DNA of 64,000 nt from Gordius albopunctatus (lineage: Eukaryota). The stretch covers positions 3,968,001-4,032,000 of the forward strand of contig OZ193909.1 of NCBI GenBank assembly GCA_964276515.1. Reading direction: 5' to 3'. Made by a program: the position numbers and the translations under genes. Within the stretch, counting starts at the first letter, position 1; each line of letters opens with the position of its first letter. This document shows, one piece after another, positions 38,082 to 52,100 of the stretch. The notes beneath the pieces were generated by a model, which was not told where the DNA came from, did not search any database, and worked only from the letters and a program-made list of their open reading frames with translations.

Positions 38082-40255
38082 CTATAAATAGACATCGTTT
38101 GGCCTTGCGCCTTATTGATTGTCATGGGAATGCCAATCTAATTGGAAATTTTATGCGTTTGAATTCAATCGGCATATATGTGGGAATCATAGGGATTCGT
38201 GACAGCATACATGTTCACATCGAACCTTGCCATTCAAAATGCTGACTTCGAGTTTTTCATTAATATTTTAATGACACAGCCAATGCAATGCCTTTTTTGT
38301 ATCGTATGTCGGCAAGAATTATCTAAATGAGAAATGTTTTGCCAGTTCTACCATATGTCTTTATTTTTGTATTTCGCTTATTAATGTAACTTTGTTTCTT
38401 GAAAATAAACTTTAACAAAAAAAAAAAAAAAGAAACCCCTTGTCCTGACGAAACTATCAGCATAATGCGGTCGTAAATGGTTTTTTGTTCATGAGTTAGT
38501 GGTGGGACATTGCGAGTAACAATCGCTGCCATTTCTAAAGTATTATACTGCAGTTCAAGACTCATATCAGTGTTGAGTAAATCAGATGTACATTGATTTG
38601 GTTAACTCATACCAAAATGACTAATTTTAAAAACATTCAGTCAACACTATAGCGAATAGTTGACGAATTTGTGTTCCTGTATAGTTTAATGCTGCTTCAG
38701 TAAGAATACTGTCCTGATAGTTGTCGTCTTCTAGCAAGCCTAATGTAGGGCATGCATCTTTATACGCTAGATACTGTTGTCCATTTACTTTACATATATC
38801 GTGAAATGACCATGAGCCGGTGCCATTAACCAACAACAGTCGCAGTTGAAAGAACTAAGTCTGCATTGGATTCACTGTATATACACTATGTCGATGATTG
38901 ATTAAAATATCCACATGGGCCATGATTATGTTTGTAGTAACAATATCAAACAATAATTTATCAGTACACGGATTTGGAATTTCTGCATAAATTAAACTAT
39001 CAATGTCTTCAGGAGATATTTTGTCGATGAACTAAATCAAAATGTGAGCAAGTGCTAATCCTCGTGTTGTATATTGCCAATTAATTTATTGAAGTAACCT
39101 AATAAGTGGTGGGAATAAAATTTAATTTAATTAGTGGTGTGAATAAAAGGTTGAGAAACTATTTATCGTCTGTGGGAGATTCCTAATTAATGGTTTGTTT
39201 AAGGCACTAATTAGAAACAGGCGAATATGTTAAAGGCATTCCTCATGCAAATTGAGATGTGCAGTACATCAACCTGTCGTAAGGTTGAGGGCATCCCTAA
39301 TGCAAATTGAGAAGTTCAGTACATCGACAGGGTTTAAATAGCTGTATTTTTATCCTGCAAATAATAATATTTTTTTTCTTACTTAGAACTCGGTTGTCCT
39401 GTTGCAACTATCTCAGAAAACCTACACCACCCCTAATCCAATACCTTCATTAGTCCTTCCACATCACCCAATATCACCTATTTTGCGCACTTATATTTTG
39501 ACCGCGCACAAATAATTGATATCGTTTAACGCTTGCATTTAAATCCAAGATATTGTTGTCTTGACAATTTGATTAAATATCATTATAAGTTATAACTCGT
39601 ATTCGTCCATTGGATTTCTTTGGTGAACAATAAACTGATTATCAAGTTTTAAAGTACTCATTCGAATACATCCAGCAACGTGCGGGGCAAAATATTATTG
39701 CGGATATGTTAATAAATAGAATACTTTTAATAAATAGAATACTTCAGCTCTTTTTTTATATGAAAGATTATTTAAATTGTTGCATTTTACAGTACTCCTG
39801 TATGACGTCATGAGGTTGCTTTTGATTGACATTTTATTAAACGTCAAAACGTATGTAACAAAATAACTTGAACGTCTTATCACTTAGTGGTTTAAAAAAT
39901 AGTTTAAAACCAATTCTCAGACCTACCAAATATTCGCAGAAATTTTTGTTGTTGTAGCCGCAACGTGCATTCACGCGATTAGCGAGTGCGCGTTCGCAGT
40001 CGCCACCACCCATAAAGTAAATTTGTAAAAATTTATAAGATTCTTTTGGCATCGGCAGCAATGAACCCCCTTTGTGAAAACCTTGCTTTTCATTTTAAAC
40101 GTTGAATTAAATTGTTGACAGTTTTCAGCATTATTCTCAACTATTTCTTTTGCTCCGAACGATGTCATTTGGAAGCATAAATCGAATGTCCGAATTGACT
40201 TGAGGAACAGACTAGAATCAGGATCCGTACCGATAAGTAAACCGTGCAATGGTTA
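38082..40255 (-). mobile_element. Helitron relic copy
   Basis: Reverse complement of 18022-20195. Confidence 0.88.
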
Positions 40256-40326
40256 CAATAAATCATTCGTTTTGACATAAATAAATCTTTTTGCCTGTGA
40301 TAAAATTCTAATACATATTAAATAGT

Positions 40327-41627
40327 CCTTTCGAAATCCCTATGCCCCTTGTGCTCCAGAAATATCTAATTAAACAAAAAGTATTGTTTTTTACAACATA
40401 GCCCTGTTACAAATAAATGCCCCTCATCAGGGAAGTTCGCTCCCCCAAACATAATACGTCCACCATCTACCTTAATATTGGATGATAACATTAATTTTAG
40501 CCCTTCTGGTACAGATATACCTAATCTAATACATCATCAAACCTACTATACCACAAATGAAAAAAATGACATGACATGGAGCAGAGCCTTTTTATCTCAA
40601 GCATTCCCACCAACCATATCCAGAATTCCAAGGGGGGCCCTGGCGTGCATGCAACAGTTTTTAATAAAATTACTTAACAATATTATTTCTCTCCCTCCGA
40701 ACCTATCCTATTGGAAGAAATTATTTAAATTCTCTTTTTACATTTGATATATTCCTCAAGACAAGGAAGCAATAATTACTCATAATAAACAGCCCTCCAG
40801 CATATAACATGGATAGAAAGGAATCCCAAATATTAACCCCCAAACAAAAAGCGAAAAAAAACTCTAGAAAAATTCACTCATTCAACATCAAAAGCGCAAT
40901 GAGATACCTCGAAGAAGACAATTCATTTTTGAGTCCTTCACAAAAATCATATGAAGAAATGGTTCTCAAACATCCCCAGAGTCTATCTTCTACTTACCTA
41001 TCGCCCTCGCAACCTTCAGATATTGCTTTTAAGTCATCAGACATTCGAGATGCCATCTTATCTTTTCCCATGGATTCTGCAGGTGGTCTCGACGGCATAA
41101 AACCAATTTTTTTAAAATATCTTATAACAATTGATAATAATAACTCCTCCATCTTACTAGACTTACTCACCAAATTTTGTAACCTTTTAGTCAATGAGAG
41201 TATACCTAAAGAAATAACGCCCATAGTCTTTGGAGCTAAGCTTTTAGCTATTAGGAAGGCCGACAATTCAGCCAGGCCTATCCCTATCGGCGGTGTCTTC
41301 CGAAGAATTATTTCTAAATTAATTTGCTCGGCGATCAAACCAATATTGACCCCTACTTTAAAACCGCATCAACTAGGCTTCGGGGTCGAAGGAGGGTGCG
41401 AGATAGCTACCCATGCCGCAGGCTTAGCCCTGGAACACCTCGCTCTGGGTGACTCCTTTATAAAACTGGATTTTAAAAATGCTTTCAATAGCATTCGCCG
41501 CACTGCCTTCATTAATGGTTTTATCAAGCTATTTCCCCAATACACCAACTACATCATTTTAAGTTCCGGATGTCCTTCGATTTCGAAATTTGGAGAATTC
41601 TTCCTTGAATCCGCAGAAGGGATCCAA
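40327..41627 (+). mobile_element. CRE-like non-LTR retrotransposon A: N-terminal Cys/His knuckle plus reverse transcriptase, 3'-truncated
   Basis: LCPLCSR..HSPVTNKCPSSG, then SAGGLDGIKP, RPIPIGGVFRRIISK, QLGFGVEGGCE and KLDFKNAFNSIRR. Homology stops at EGIQ, just before the expected QGDPL. Confidence 0.85.
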
Positions 41628-42540
41628 ATAAATATATCGTTAATGGCAAAGTTAGTTAGAACTAGAAAGTAATTATTTAGAATACAAATTTGATTAAAAT
41701 GTTTGTCATAAAATAAAATACGCATGCTCTCATTTAAAGTTTACAATTATATGTTCTTGATCCTTTGATAATGCCACTTTTATTTTTGTTTTACGTTATA
41801 ATATGTGCAACTAATTATCAATTCTTTAAATAATATTATTATCATTAAAAATCACTCTCATTTTGTGGATTATAACGCTATATTCAATAATTAATTCAAA
41901 TATTATAAATTTTCAAGTCTTTTACATTTTACAGACACGGTGAATTAGATAAAATGTTAAATTTGCTGGAACTATAAATTCAACTTTATATACATCAAAA
42001 TTATTTATAGCTTATTTTTGATTTGCACTTTCCATAGAAAATATTATCTGTATGAATTAGTTCATTATATTTATTTTGTCAATGAGATGTCGTGTCGTGC
42101 TAGATCTTTAAGGAGTTTGTGTATTTATGTTCTTAGAAAAATATAAAAAGTTTTCCATTTGGATTTTTTTATCACTTATTTAATATTTTTAACAAAACAT
42201 AAGAAATTTTAATTTCGTATAAATTTTTTATAAAATAAGTCGAGACAAGTCGAGAATTCTCGTCGAGACGAGATTTTTCTAAACCGAGACGAGATCTTGT
42301 GAAAGGGTTTTGTTGAATTTATTATAAGAGGGAGATTATCCACTGTTTTAATGCATTTTTTGAAACAAAATTATTCTTCTCTATGACATTAAAATATTGC
42401 ACCTTTAAAAATCAATGAGGCTATTTATCAAGTCTATGCTATTTACTTATACTTTAAGGATGTCGCTGATCTCTTTATTTAGATACTGACCCCATGAAAA
42501 ATCATTCACGGATATTGAGATAATTTTTTTCAAGATCGAC

Positions 42541-44171
42541 ATGTTCATTACATTACTCTGCTTCGGTGAGTTTTTATTTTTTCATTCAAAAATTATTATG
42601 TTATAAATCTATTTAGCCTTAACACTCATAACTGTGAGTTTGAGTGCAGACGTTAATCCACAGGTCATTAGTAAGCATCAAAATAGCGTGTATCATCAAT
42701 AAATATAACCAAAATTACGTATTTTCACCGTTTAACCTTAAAACTGCCATGTACATATACGCGGCGGGAACTAGAGATGAAACTTGCTACGCTGAACTAG
42801 GAAATTTTTTGCAGCAGTCTTTGACACACGAATACATTAGAAGGTAGTCAGGTTTTTTGAGCAAATATCAAGACTACAAAAACGATGCAACCGAAATTAA
42901 AATATTAAATGAGCTATTTGTCAATAATAGAATGACTATAAATCCAAATTATGCTAACGCCGTAAAGAAAATATTTAGGGCCTTGGTGACCCCGACTAGT
43001 TACAATTCACCAGATCAAACTTTTAAAGCCATCAATGCTAAAGTAGCTCAGCCTACTCGTAACAGAATTCGGGATTTATTTTCCCCTAGAGATATTACAA
43101 GCAACACTCTTATAGCTTCTCTCAGCACTCTCTATTTTAAAGGACTGTGGGAAGTTCCGTTCGATAAGAGCTAATTTTTTAAGCCCACTTTATATTTTCT
43201 AATTAATTTTTGAAGATGAACGACTCAGCAAAATATTCATACAGAAGACGGTCGATATGTCTTAACACCCGTGATGAATATTGCTTAATTAGAGATCGAA
43301 CAATATACAGACATGAGAGATTTGGCCAATTATTTAATCTTGAATCACAAAGAGACCAAATTTAAAACGGTCCTAATTCTTCCCAATTCCAAATCAACGT
43401 TAAAAGCACTCAAATACAAACTTTTTATGGATCCTAATATATTAGTGAATGCACTCAAGAAAGCTTCCATCAAAATTCCTAACATCTCCATACCTCTGAT
43501 TGATCGTAAAACAAACTTGCAGATAGTATCGAGGTTGTTTCCAATAATGGTAATTTAGGATTGATAAAATGGGAGGGTGGAAATGGGTTTACATATTTCG
43601 GTCGTCCAGCGACCATTATCAATAAAAAAAGGGTAAATTACAAGTGATGTGGATTACAAATAAGGAACGAAGGACGATTTGATAATGGTCGCTGGACGAC
43701 CGAAATATCTAAACCCATTTCCACCCTCCCATTTTATCAATCATAAATTACCATTAGTGGAAACAAATTGGATACTACATAATGGATTGGTATTACATAA
43801 TTTTATTAAACTTGCAGATGAACACGATATTGGCGAATTCTAATCTAAGTTGCATCTTTAAGTAACTATCGATATATATTTGGAGATGAATTTTATGTAT
43901 AAATGTATATAACTGAACTTCCATTATGCATGTTTCCAGCCATAGTTTGAACAATATCGTCAAATCACGAGCCTTGTCGTTGGATAAAATGGTTCATAAA
44001 GTCAATTTTCAAATGAACGAAAAAGGAAGTAAAGGGGCAGCGGCCACTGGTGGAGCCCTCGAAGATAGAGCATTTGACAATATGTTTTTTAATAGACCGT
44101 TCTTGCATTTACTAATCGAAGTTGAGTCTGGAAATGTTTTATTTCTGGGAAGATATTCAAGCCCAGATTAA
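42541..44171 (+). pseudogene. Serpin pseudogene (signal peptide, inhibitory-type hinge, predicted P1 Arg)
   Basis: Serpin motifs NYVFSPFNL, LYFKGLWEVPF, LILP, MVHKVNFQMNEKGSKGAAATG, FNRPFL and VLFLGRY are present. Exon 1 (42541-42565) plus the start of exon 2 at 42617 encode MFITLLCFALTLITVSLSA. Lesions: frameshift near 42695, TAG at 42845, apparent donor lost (CT) at 43171, TGA at 43217, TAA at 43286. The last intron is 43862-43939. Confidence 0.9.
43513..43819. mobile_element. Hairpin/MITE-like insertion in the serpin coding region, bounded by a 12-bp direct repeat
   Basis: Imperfect inverted repeats of about 99 bp at 43524-43622 and 43679-43777. AAACTTGCAGAT occurs at 43513-43524 and 43808-43819. 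Confidence 0.85.
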
Positions 44172-44703
44172 AGGCGATCGACCGAGACGCATTATGATGC
44201 ATTTTTTTGAAATTTATAATCAAAAATATATGTAACACAAAATTAGTTTAGATGATTGCATACATTTAAATATTATAGAAATGTTCTGTTTATATATAAA
44301 GCTTAGCCATCATATGGGTTAACAAGTGAGGAAGAATTGAAAAAAACTTCTGGTGAGCCACAGTGAAAATCAAGATTAGCAAAGTAAAATCGTCGAAAAA
44401 AGACACACTTTTGAAAGTTTAAGGATTTTTACCATTCTTTATAGGTGATTGAGAAGCATGCCTTTTGAAAATAAAAATCCCAGCGAATAAGATACTCGAT
44501 ATTATTATGGTAATTATAATCTTATTATTATATTTAAATCATATTCAGTAATTTTGTAAGAAATTTTTATATATTTTTTATATGCGCACTTTCTATCCTT
44601 TATTTCCTACTATTAAAAATGTACAAAATGTGTAATAACAACTAATAACGATCAACCAATCGAATGATGATTTCTAGAAAATAAATGTAAGTATTAATGT
44701 AAG

Positions 44704-45155
44704 TGTTGGACGATGGCTGTGAGAAATTGCCGTGAAATTAATCCGCTAGAATGAGCGACGACTACGAGTAAATTTAAGGTATTGGGTAAGGGGGACCGTT
44801 TGGTTCTTCCTTCATGCTACCGCTTGACCCACGAGATTCAAAGATGAAAAATAAAATATCCCCCCCCCCGCCCCACAGGACTAACGAGTAGAAAAATAAA
44901 TATATCATTGTATCATGGTCAAATGCCCGCTATTTACACCTTGTCGATGCACTTCTCATTTGCATGAGGGATGCCGACAGTTCCATGTACTGCACATCTC
45001 CACTAATATGAGGCATGCTTTTTATATATTTGCCTGCTTATAATTAGTGCCCATTATTCACATAACTAATTTTAGTTGGCAAGATACAACAGGCTATCCT
45101 TCCTAGCTCATTTGCATAAGCGAGTAAGTAAAGTGATTCAACTAAAACTACAACA
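44704..45155 (-). repeat. Putative solo-LTR-like repeat
   Basis: TGTTG...CAACA termini. Shares GAGATGTGCAGTACAT, GGCATCCCT.ATGCAAAT.GAGAAGT, CATCGACA.GG and CCAATACCTT with 39107-39476. No clear target duplication. Partial copy at 1008-1254. Confidence 0.45.
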
Positions 45156-45429
45156 ATATTCAATATTTCCTGGTTGTTTTGTTATTTAAAAGAATTGACT
45201 TTTCTACTAATAGTCAATTTTCAGTAAAAATGTTGTTAAACATTTGATTTATATTTTAAACTTAATTTTTGCAATTTCGGACACAGATTTAGAAATAAAG
45301 TTGACATATATGGGGTGATAAACTATCGTCTCTATTGATAAAAAATGTCCTAACCCTTTCGTCACAGATATTAAATAAAAATAAGATTTTTTAATCAACT
45401 AACAAATTTTTTATATATGATAATGTACA

Positions 45430-48248
45430 TAAAAGCATATCTAGCCGCAAGCAATAGGAAAAATCATTATATTTGCCAATGCTTTTAACAGCATTCGAAG
45501 AGAAACCCTCATTAACACTTTTTTAGCTGTATCCACACAATTTTTAAATTACATTTTATTAAGCTATGGTTCTATAACCAAGCTTAGATTCGGCGAATAC
45601 CTCATTGACTCGTCCGAAGGCATCCAACAAGGAGATCCATTAGGCCCTCCTTTATTTTGTTTAGGCATTCATAATTCAGTCGAGGCTATATCATCTCAGT
45701 GTACCCTCGATTTAAATATTTTGTATCAACGACGCCACACTATTTGGCCGCCCGGAGGAGATTAGTAAAGCTCTAGAAATCATCAAAAACTTTGAACCCA
45801 CTCTAAATCTTAAATCATACTCGAAAAAATGTTAAATCTTTTAGGTTCCCAACACTATTGACTTTCCAGTTTTTGAAACATTTTTAGTTTTAGAGAGAGA
45901 AAACATATAGGGAAGACCAGGGCTACTTTAGCCATAAAAAATTAAATCGCGTTTAAAAAAAACTAAAAACAATTTTTCCATTTTTTTTGTTGGAATATAT
46001 TTTTAAGGTCTATTTTTACTATAGGAAAAATATTTGGAGGCAAATAAAAGTTTATCACAAATTAAGTTTAAAAAAACAAAAATCTAAAATATTTTGAAAA
46101 TAACCGGATCTAGTCATAGCCGTTAGATTTTTTTTAATGTATATATTGTTTATTTGAATGTAAGAACGTTATAAAAAACGAAGTGTTAAAATTCGAAAAA
46201 TATAAGAGCGGGTAGAAAACAAAATAAAAAAATTATAATTAAAAAGCGTCGCATGTATCATATAATAAAAGTTTAAAATTGTACTTTGCTATTAAAATAC
46301 CAATTTTTTGTTTAACTATAAAATTTGTGGAATATTTAGAGGGCGGGCAGCGACGGCTGATATCTTTAAAAGGCTTGATGGCGGCAGGACCAAAAGTCTC
46401 AGAACATGAGGCAACGATAGGGGTAAAGATATTAGAGGGTAGGAGGGCTTCTGACGTTTTCACATCTTATAAGTTTATGCTAACTCAAATCAATAAAAAT
46501 ATTCTTTCATTATAAAAATGTAGAAAATACAAATGTAATATGATTGTATTTTATATAAAAGAAATAAAAATAGAGTCAAGATGATAATCTGACTTAAGAA
46601 CACTCAAAAGGCGGATTTAGCAATGGAAAAAGACTTTTAGTCGTTTTATAATGTATAATCATAGTCTATTTCTATTCCAAATAACACTATGTTAGATTAT
46701 TAAACAAAATTTTTTGTTTTTTAATAAAAAATGGCTAGCAATAGCCCCTCTCCGACTAGCCCCGACCCCTATTTTCATAAACAATTAAAAGTTTAAGATG
46801 TTATATTGCATATAAAAATTTAATCATTAGACAATTTTTATATAGAAATCTCCCTTTATAAGATAAAAGTTAAATACATCCAAAATATTCAGCCTAAAAA
46901 ATTTTATGTGCTAAATAAAAAATTTTGTAAAGGCTACTAATAGCCCCGAAAAATAGTTTTTTCTCAATATAAATTTTAAATTTTATTTTTTCTAAGCATA
47001 TTTTTTTGCTTATGGCTTATGGAAAAATACACATATGGTTTAAATTTTGCTTTAATATCAATATTATTTTACAAAATAATTAGAAAGATAATAGTAACCC
47101 CGGGCTACGACTAGCCCCGGTCTTTCCTACCTTTTGGGATCATCCATTGGCGGCGAAAAATCTCTTTTAAATTTGCTTCATAAGAACCTCGAAATATTAA
47201 AATCTAAAACGGAACTTTTAAAATGCTTGCCTGCACATCACATTTTTTACTTAATCAAAAACTATTTCAACATTTAAAAGATTTATCATTGTTTTCGCTC
47301 ATCTGCTGCATTTTGACACCAACACGTTTTAAAGTCGCACGAAGGCTTTTTAAAAACTTTATTAGAAAAAATTTAAAATTTAATACTAACAATCGGATTC
47401 AAGCATCCCTTCCAACCAAATATGGAGGATCAGGAATTCGTCCTGGCGGCAGCCTATCGCTAGCTGCTTTTATTTCCTCTTTTAAGTCAGTCCAAAACTC
47501 AATTTTTAATCTCACAACATATGATTCCGACCCTCTGTTAACTCAAGCCTTGGAGCTTTGGAATTTGAATGTGACACCAGAGACTATTTAACCTCAAAGT
47601 ACGAGACAAGATTGGGATTCTTGACTAGTATCGCGCTCCGTTGATTACCTTTTATCGAGCAGGGATGATAGCCAGCATTACAACCTTAGGTCCCTCGCTT
47701 TTTATGGTCCCAGTCACGAGTGGCTTGAAGCCTACCCATGCAATCCCCTCAATCCGTGAGCCGTTAGATCCCTCTCTTGAAGGTAGGATGCGCCCTGACA
47801 GTTCTTCTCTAGTCCCCTGGCAAAATAGCCTATCCCTCAAATGGGATTTTACTTGTATTGACATATTTGCCTCTTCCCATTTTAATTACGACCCTATCGC
47901 TGCAGCAAAAGGGCGTAAAACTACAAAGTACTCTGCCCTTTTGGCATCCAATATTTTTATCACTGTCGTTGCCTCGTGCTCCTGTTCTTTTGGTAAGCAG
48001 GTAATGGGGTTTTTTAAAGAAATCGGAAAACGCTCACCGAAATCTAAAATTTCTTAGTCCTTTTTACTCAGGCAACAACTAGGGATTATTATTCTACGAT
48101 ACAACTATAAATCCTTTGCCGACTGATGGCCCATTTCAGGAGATCATGATATAGATCTATGTATCTAACTAATAGGTCTTTATTTATTTTTGTATTTAGC
48201 TTATTTATGTAACTTTGTTTCATTAAAATAAACTTTTTAACCATAAAA
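45430..48248 (+). mobile_element. CRE-like non-LTR retrotransposon B: 5'-truncated RT plus restriction-like endonuclease and 3' UTR, interrupted by a DNA element
   Basis: FANAFNSIRR..EGIQQGDPLGP at about 45470-45650. After the insertion come LLGSSIG, QASLPTKYGGSGIR and REP..RPD..VPW..WDFTC (RLE-type C-terminus). Degenerate; boundaries approximate. Confidence 0.82.
45908..47129. mobile_element. TA-TSD DNA element copy
   Basis: Reverse complement of 11572-12793. Confidence 0.78.
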
Positions 48249-49175
48249 ATCATTGTATTAGTCAGATTTTGATTGCCATGATCGATATTAGTTAGTCTTA
48301 AATAGTTTTGTGATACAGTGTCAAATATAATTCTATATTATTAGCCAGGTATGAAGAAGGTTATGCTCCCAAAAATTCGTTTAAATAAAAGGCATGTATT
48401 TTGTTGCCAAATTTTTTGGTAGACTCTTTTGATGAAATTTTGACTTTTGCATTCGTCTTTAATCTATCGATTCTTGCAGAATTGTTTATCAGTTATCTTT
48501 GGAGTTAATTTGTTACGAGAAATTTCGATGGAAGGCATTAATATGTTCACAAATCACAATAAAGTAAAGTAATGGTTAATAAATCGCTATAACTAATTTC
48601 GCCATGACTTTATTAGTTATCATGGCGTCAGGGGGTGGTAGGGAGGGGCAGCTGGCGCCCTCTAAATCCGAAAATACTTTAAAATTTCATAAAATTCTCA
48701 TTTTGCCTCTCTTTAAACGTTATTGCCTCTAGTGATGGTGTTAAGTAAGATATAATATTGATATGAGTTTATATCAGCAAGATTCATCCATATAATCCCA
48801 TCTACAGAATAAAACTTTGGCGAACCTTTTAAGTTTGCGAGGACAAATAGAAGTTGACAATAAAGCGCGTCGCAATATAACATGACCAAGGTGAATTCGT
48901 TTCAAATAAATATTTTGACGATTTTTAAATAAAAGTTATTGGTAAGATTTTTTTCTCATAGATTCTTGATAACAGATCATAATAATAATAAGGTTCTAAT
49001 TTTTTTTAAATAAATTATAATATTTGTATTTTATCATGATAAAATATTTTGTGTATACCAAAAAATGTCCTATTATAAAGCATACATCGATAGCAATTAA
49101 TATGGAAATTTATTAGTGTAAATAATATAAATTACACAAAGCTATAAGGGTATATGTAAAAAATAATAAGCCATG

Positions 49176-52100
49176 TTATGTTATTTTTGGGGCGTTAAGT
49201 TGAAGCCATTCTTTTATTGGATCGGATGTTGACTTCTAGAAAAATAGAATAATATTTATTGGTTTCTTAATTTATTTAACTAATAGTTTTTATGATGCTC
49301 TGAGATCAACAGCGAAACTTGTATAGCTTTCAACACACCCGATCTATAGTGAAACAAGTAGATACGGTGCACTTTTGAGGAATTTGATTTGCAAAATGCT
49401 CGACTCTGGTCTATTTTTAAAATTTCGACTAAGTCTAGAGGTCGACTAAGGAGAACAGACCAAAAAACCTTTGGTTTGTTTATGTTTAATCCACTAAAAC
49501 CGAAGGTCGACCAAATAAAACCCAACCGTTTTTACTACACTACGCTAAAGAGACAAATTTGACAATCGTCTTAGTTTTCCATCTCAAATGATTAGCCATT
49601 TTTTATGCTGATTTATGAGAACAGGTATATTAGCTCAAGATATTCCATGCATTACATTTTGACATCGATCCCCAGCATAGCCATCTAGGCATATGCATTC
49701 GCCTTCAATGTTGCAGTCGTTACGTCCGTAGGCGTTAATGCAATTTTTCGGGCATTCTAGATTTATACAAAATTAGTATAAATACGTAAAATAATATATA
49801 TAATATTCGGTAAATCAAAAATATTTAGTTGAGCACTAAACTCATAAGAATCATATAAAATGTTCTTTTAAATTAAGATAATCTTTGAAGCATACCAGTA
49901 GCTTGTGGGAAGAATATCGAGATCATATTTTTAATAATGTATCAAGGTGTTTTAACACTTTTAGAGACACATTGGTATCAGTGCCAGAAACCTCGCTGTA
50001 TATTAGTATTGTTATTGTATAAAAGAATGTTACTAATTTCGTTTTTTTCTTAAATGAAAAACTTTTTTATCTGAAGTATCAATAACAAAATTTACCATTC
50101 TAAGAGCATTTGTAATTAATACAGCCTTAGAATGGAAGACGTTGAATCTAGCGGAAGCATCCCAACAACATTACGTAAAAAGCTCATTTTTTTGGAATAA
50201 TCTAAAAAGTTATTTCCATATGTTAATAGATTTATAAGGTTCCCCTAGAAATAATTTAAAGACTTTTAAACTTATAGGTCAATCAGAAATGGTTGAAAAC
50301 GCATGTTATTGTCACTTTAATTAAGCTGTGGCGATTTCGATGTATCCAACTGCAGTTAAACTGGTATTTTTATTGGCATGTACCAAATTGTTTTTTTTTA
50401 CGAGAAATATATAGATTTTTCCAGATTTATCAAACATATATAAAAGGATTACAGGACTCACTCCAACGTTACTCTGCTCCTCTGGATATTCCATTTATTC
50501 ATTACTTTTGCGATCACATCTTATTCTACCAACATCACATTGTTGACATAGCTTTCAACTGCACCTAGCTAGTTATCTAATCATCAAACCTGCTAAATTT
50601 TTTATCATCCTTACCAACACCCTCGCTTATATTTAATTTCGCTGTTATTTGATTTTTATCATTGCGTGTTTTGGTTTAATAATAAAAATAAAGGATTTGA
50701 CAATCTTTACAAAGCCCTAATTTATAAAACATGTTAAACCAGACTTCATGTGTTCATCATTAATACGTATTAAAACATAATCATCACTAGTCAAATGTTT
50801 TGCCAATCTGTATTATCTAATTTTATAGCAAAACAAGCGAGCTTTATTTATTTATTTTTTATATAAATGACATTCACCAATACCTTTACTGCAATCGTCG
50901 CCATAAAACCCTGTTTTGCAATAACAACGCTTTCTATTGCATTCGCCAGATTTGGGATCGCCTTTATGGCATTTGCATTCACCAGATTTTGAATCGCGTT
51001 CATAATGGCATTTGCATTCGGCAGATTTGGAATTGCGTTCATGGCATTCGCAATCTATTAACGATTCAAAATTATTACTCCTTGCATTTAAAATTACAGA
51101 AGATGTGCAATTTGGTAAAAAAAATTTTATATTAAATAAAAATATGGCTTTTTATTTATTGAAATTATATGAGAATAAATCTATGAAGTAGTCATTTTAA
51201 ATAGGTAACTATGAGTTTAAGATGTAAAAATGGTAGAATTTAAAAATGAGGAGTAAATTGAATTATATATTTTACTACTGAAATCACAATAAAATTCTTC
51301 CCCCTAAATAAATATGCTGTAAAATTTAAATCAATGATTGAGAGGTGTACCTAGAGAACTCCTGAAATTACAACACAGAGAGTGTTAAAAAATTCATTTT
51401 TTAAATTAACTTATCACTGAAAATGAATTTTTAAGGTAGGATGTTTTGATCATTTATTGCTTTAATCATTGAAAATTTGGTATTCAAAAATTTATTATAA
51501 AAAAATAAGTTGGTAATAGAGAGTAGTTAAGGTGGAATTTATGATGGGCTAAGTCAGATTTTACTCAAATGGGGATGCAAAGAAGATGCTCATGATTAAC
51601 TGAGATGCATACTGATGATATTTTTAAATTCTAATCCTCATTTGGCTTAATATATAATAATATGTATTAACCATGAAATGCATAGCAATTAAAAGAGGGG
51701 GGATAGGCACCCCTAGACATGTCCATAATAATAAAATAGTTAAATAACACACGCGATATATATATAGGATAATGATTAAACATAATTTCATAACGTCAAG
51801 ATGGATGAAACTTATTAAAACAAAGACTAAATCTTATATATAAAAATTATATATATATATATATATATATACTTGAACTGCAGTTGCTTCCATATTTGCC
51901 GATTGGGCATTCGCATTTGCCTTCCCAAGAGCATTTGTTTCCATTTTTCATATGCTTACAACTACAAACTAACAAATACATTAGAGGTGAATTTAAGATA
52001 TGATTATTGAATTTTTCAATTTTGATATAATTTAATAAGGGGACCCAGACCTTTTAAGTCATTTATTCTTATCTTAAACTTTAAATCTAGAAACTACAAA

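Noticed and set aside
42541..44171. Alternative genetic code explaining the in-frame stops
   Set aside because: TAG, TGA and TAA all occur, together with a frameshift and a lost splice donor. Ordinary pseudogene decay is the simpler explanation.
13605..44672. Giant palindrome centred near 30.5 kb
   Set aside because: The orientation switch falls exactly at a 200-N gap with asymmetric flanks, so contig orientation may be arbitrary.
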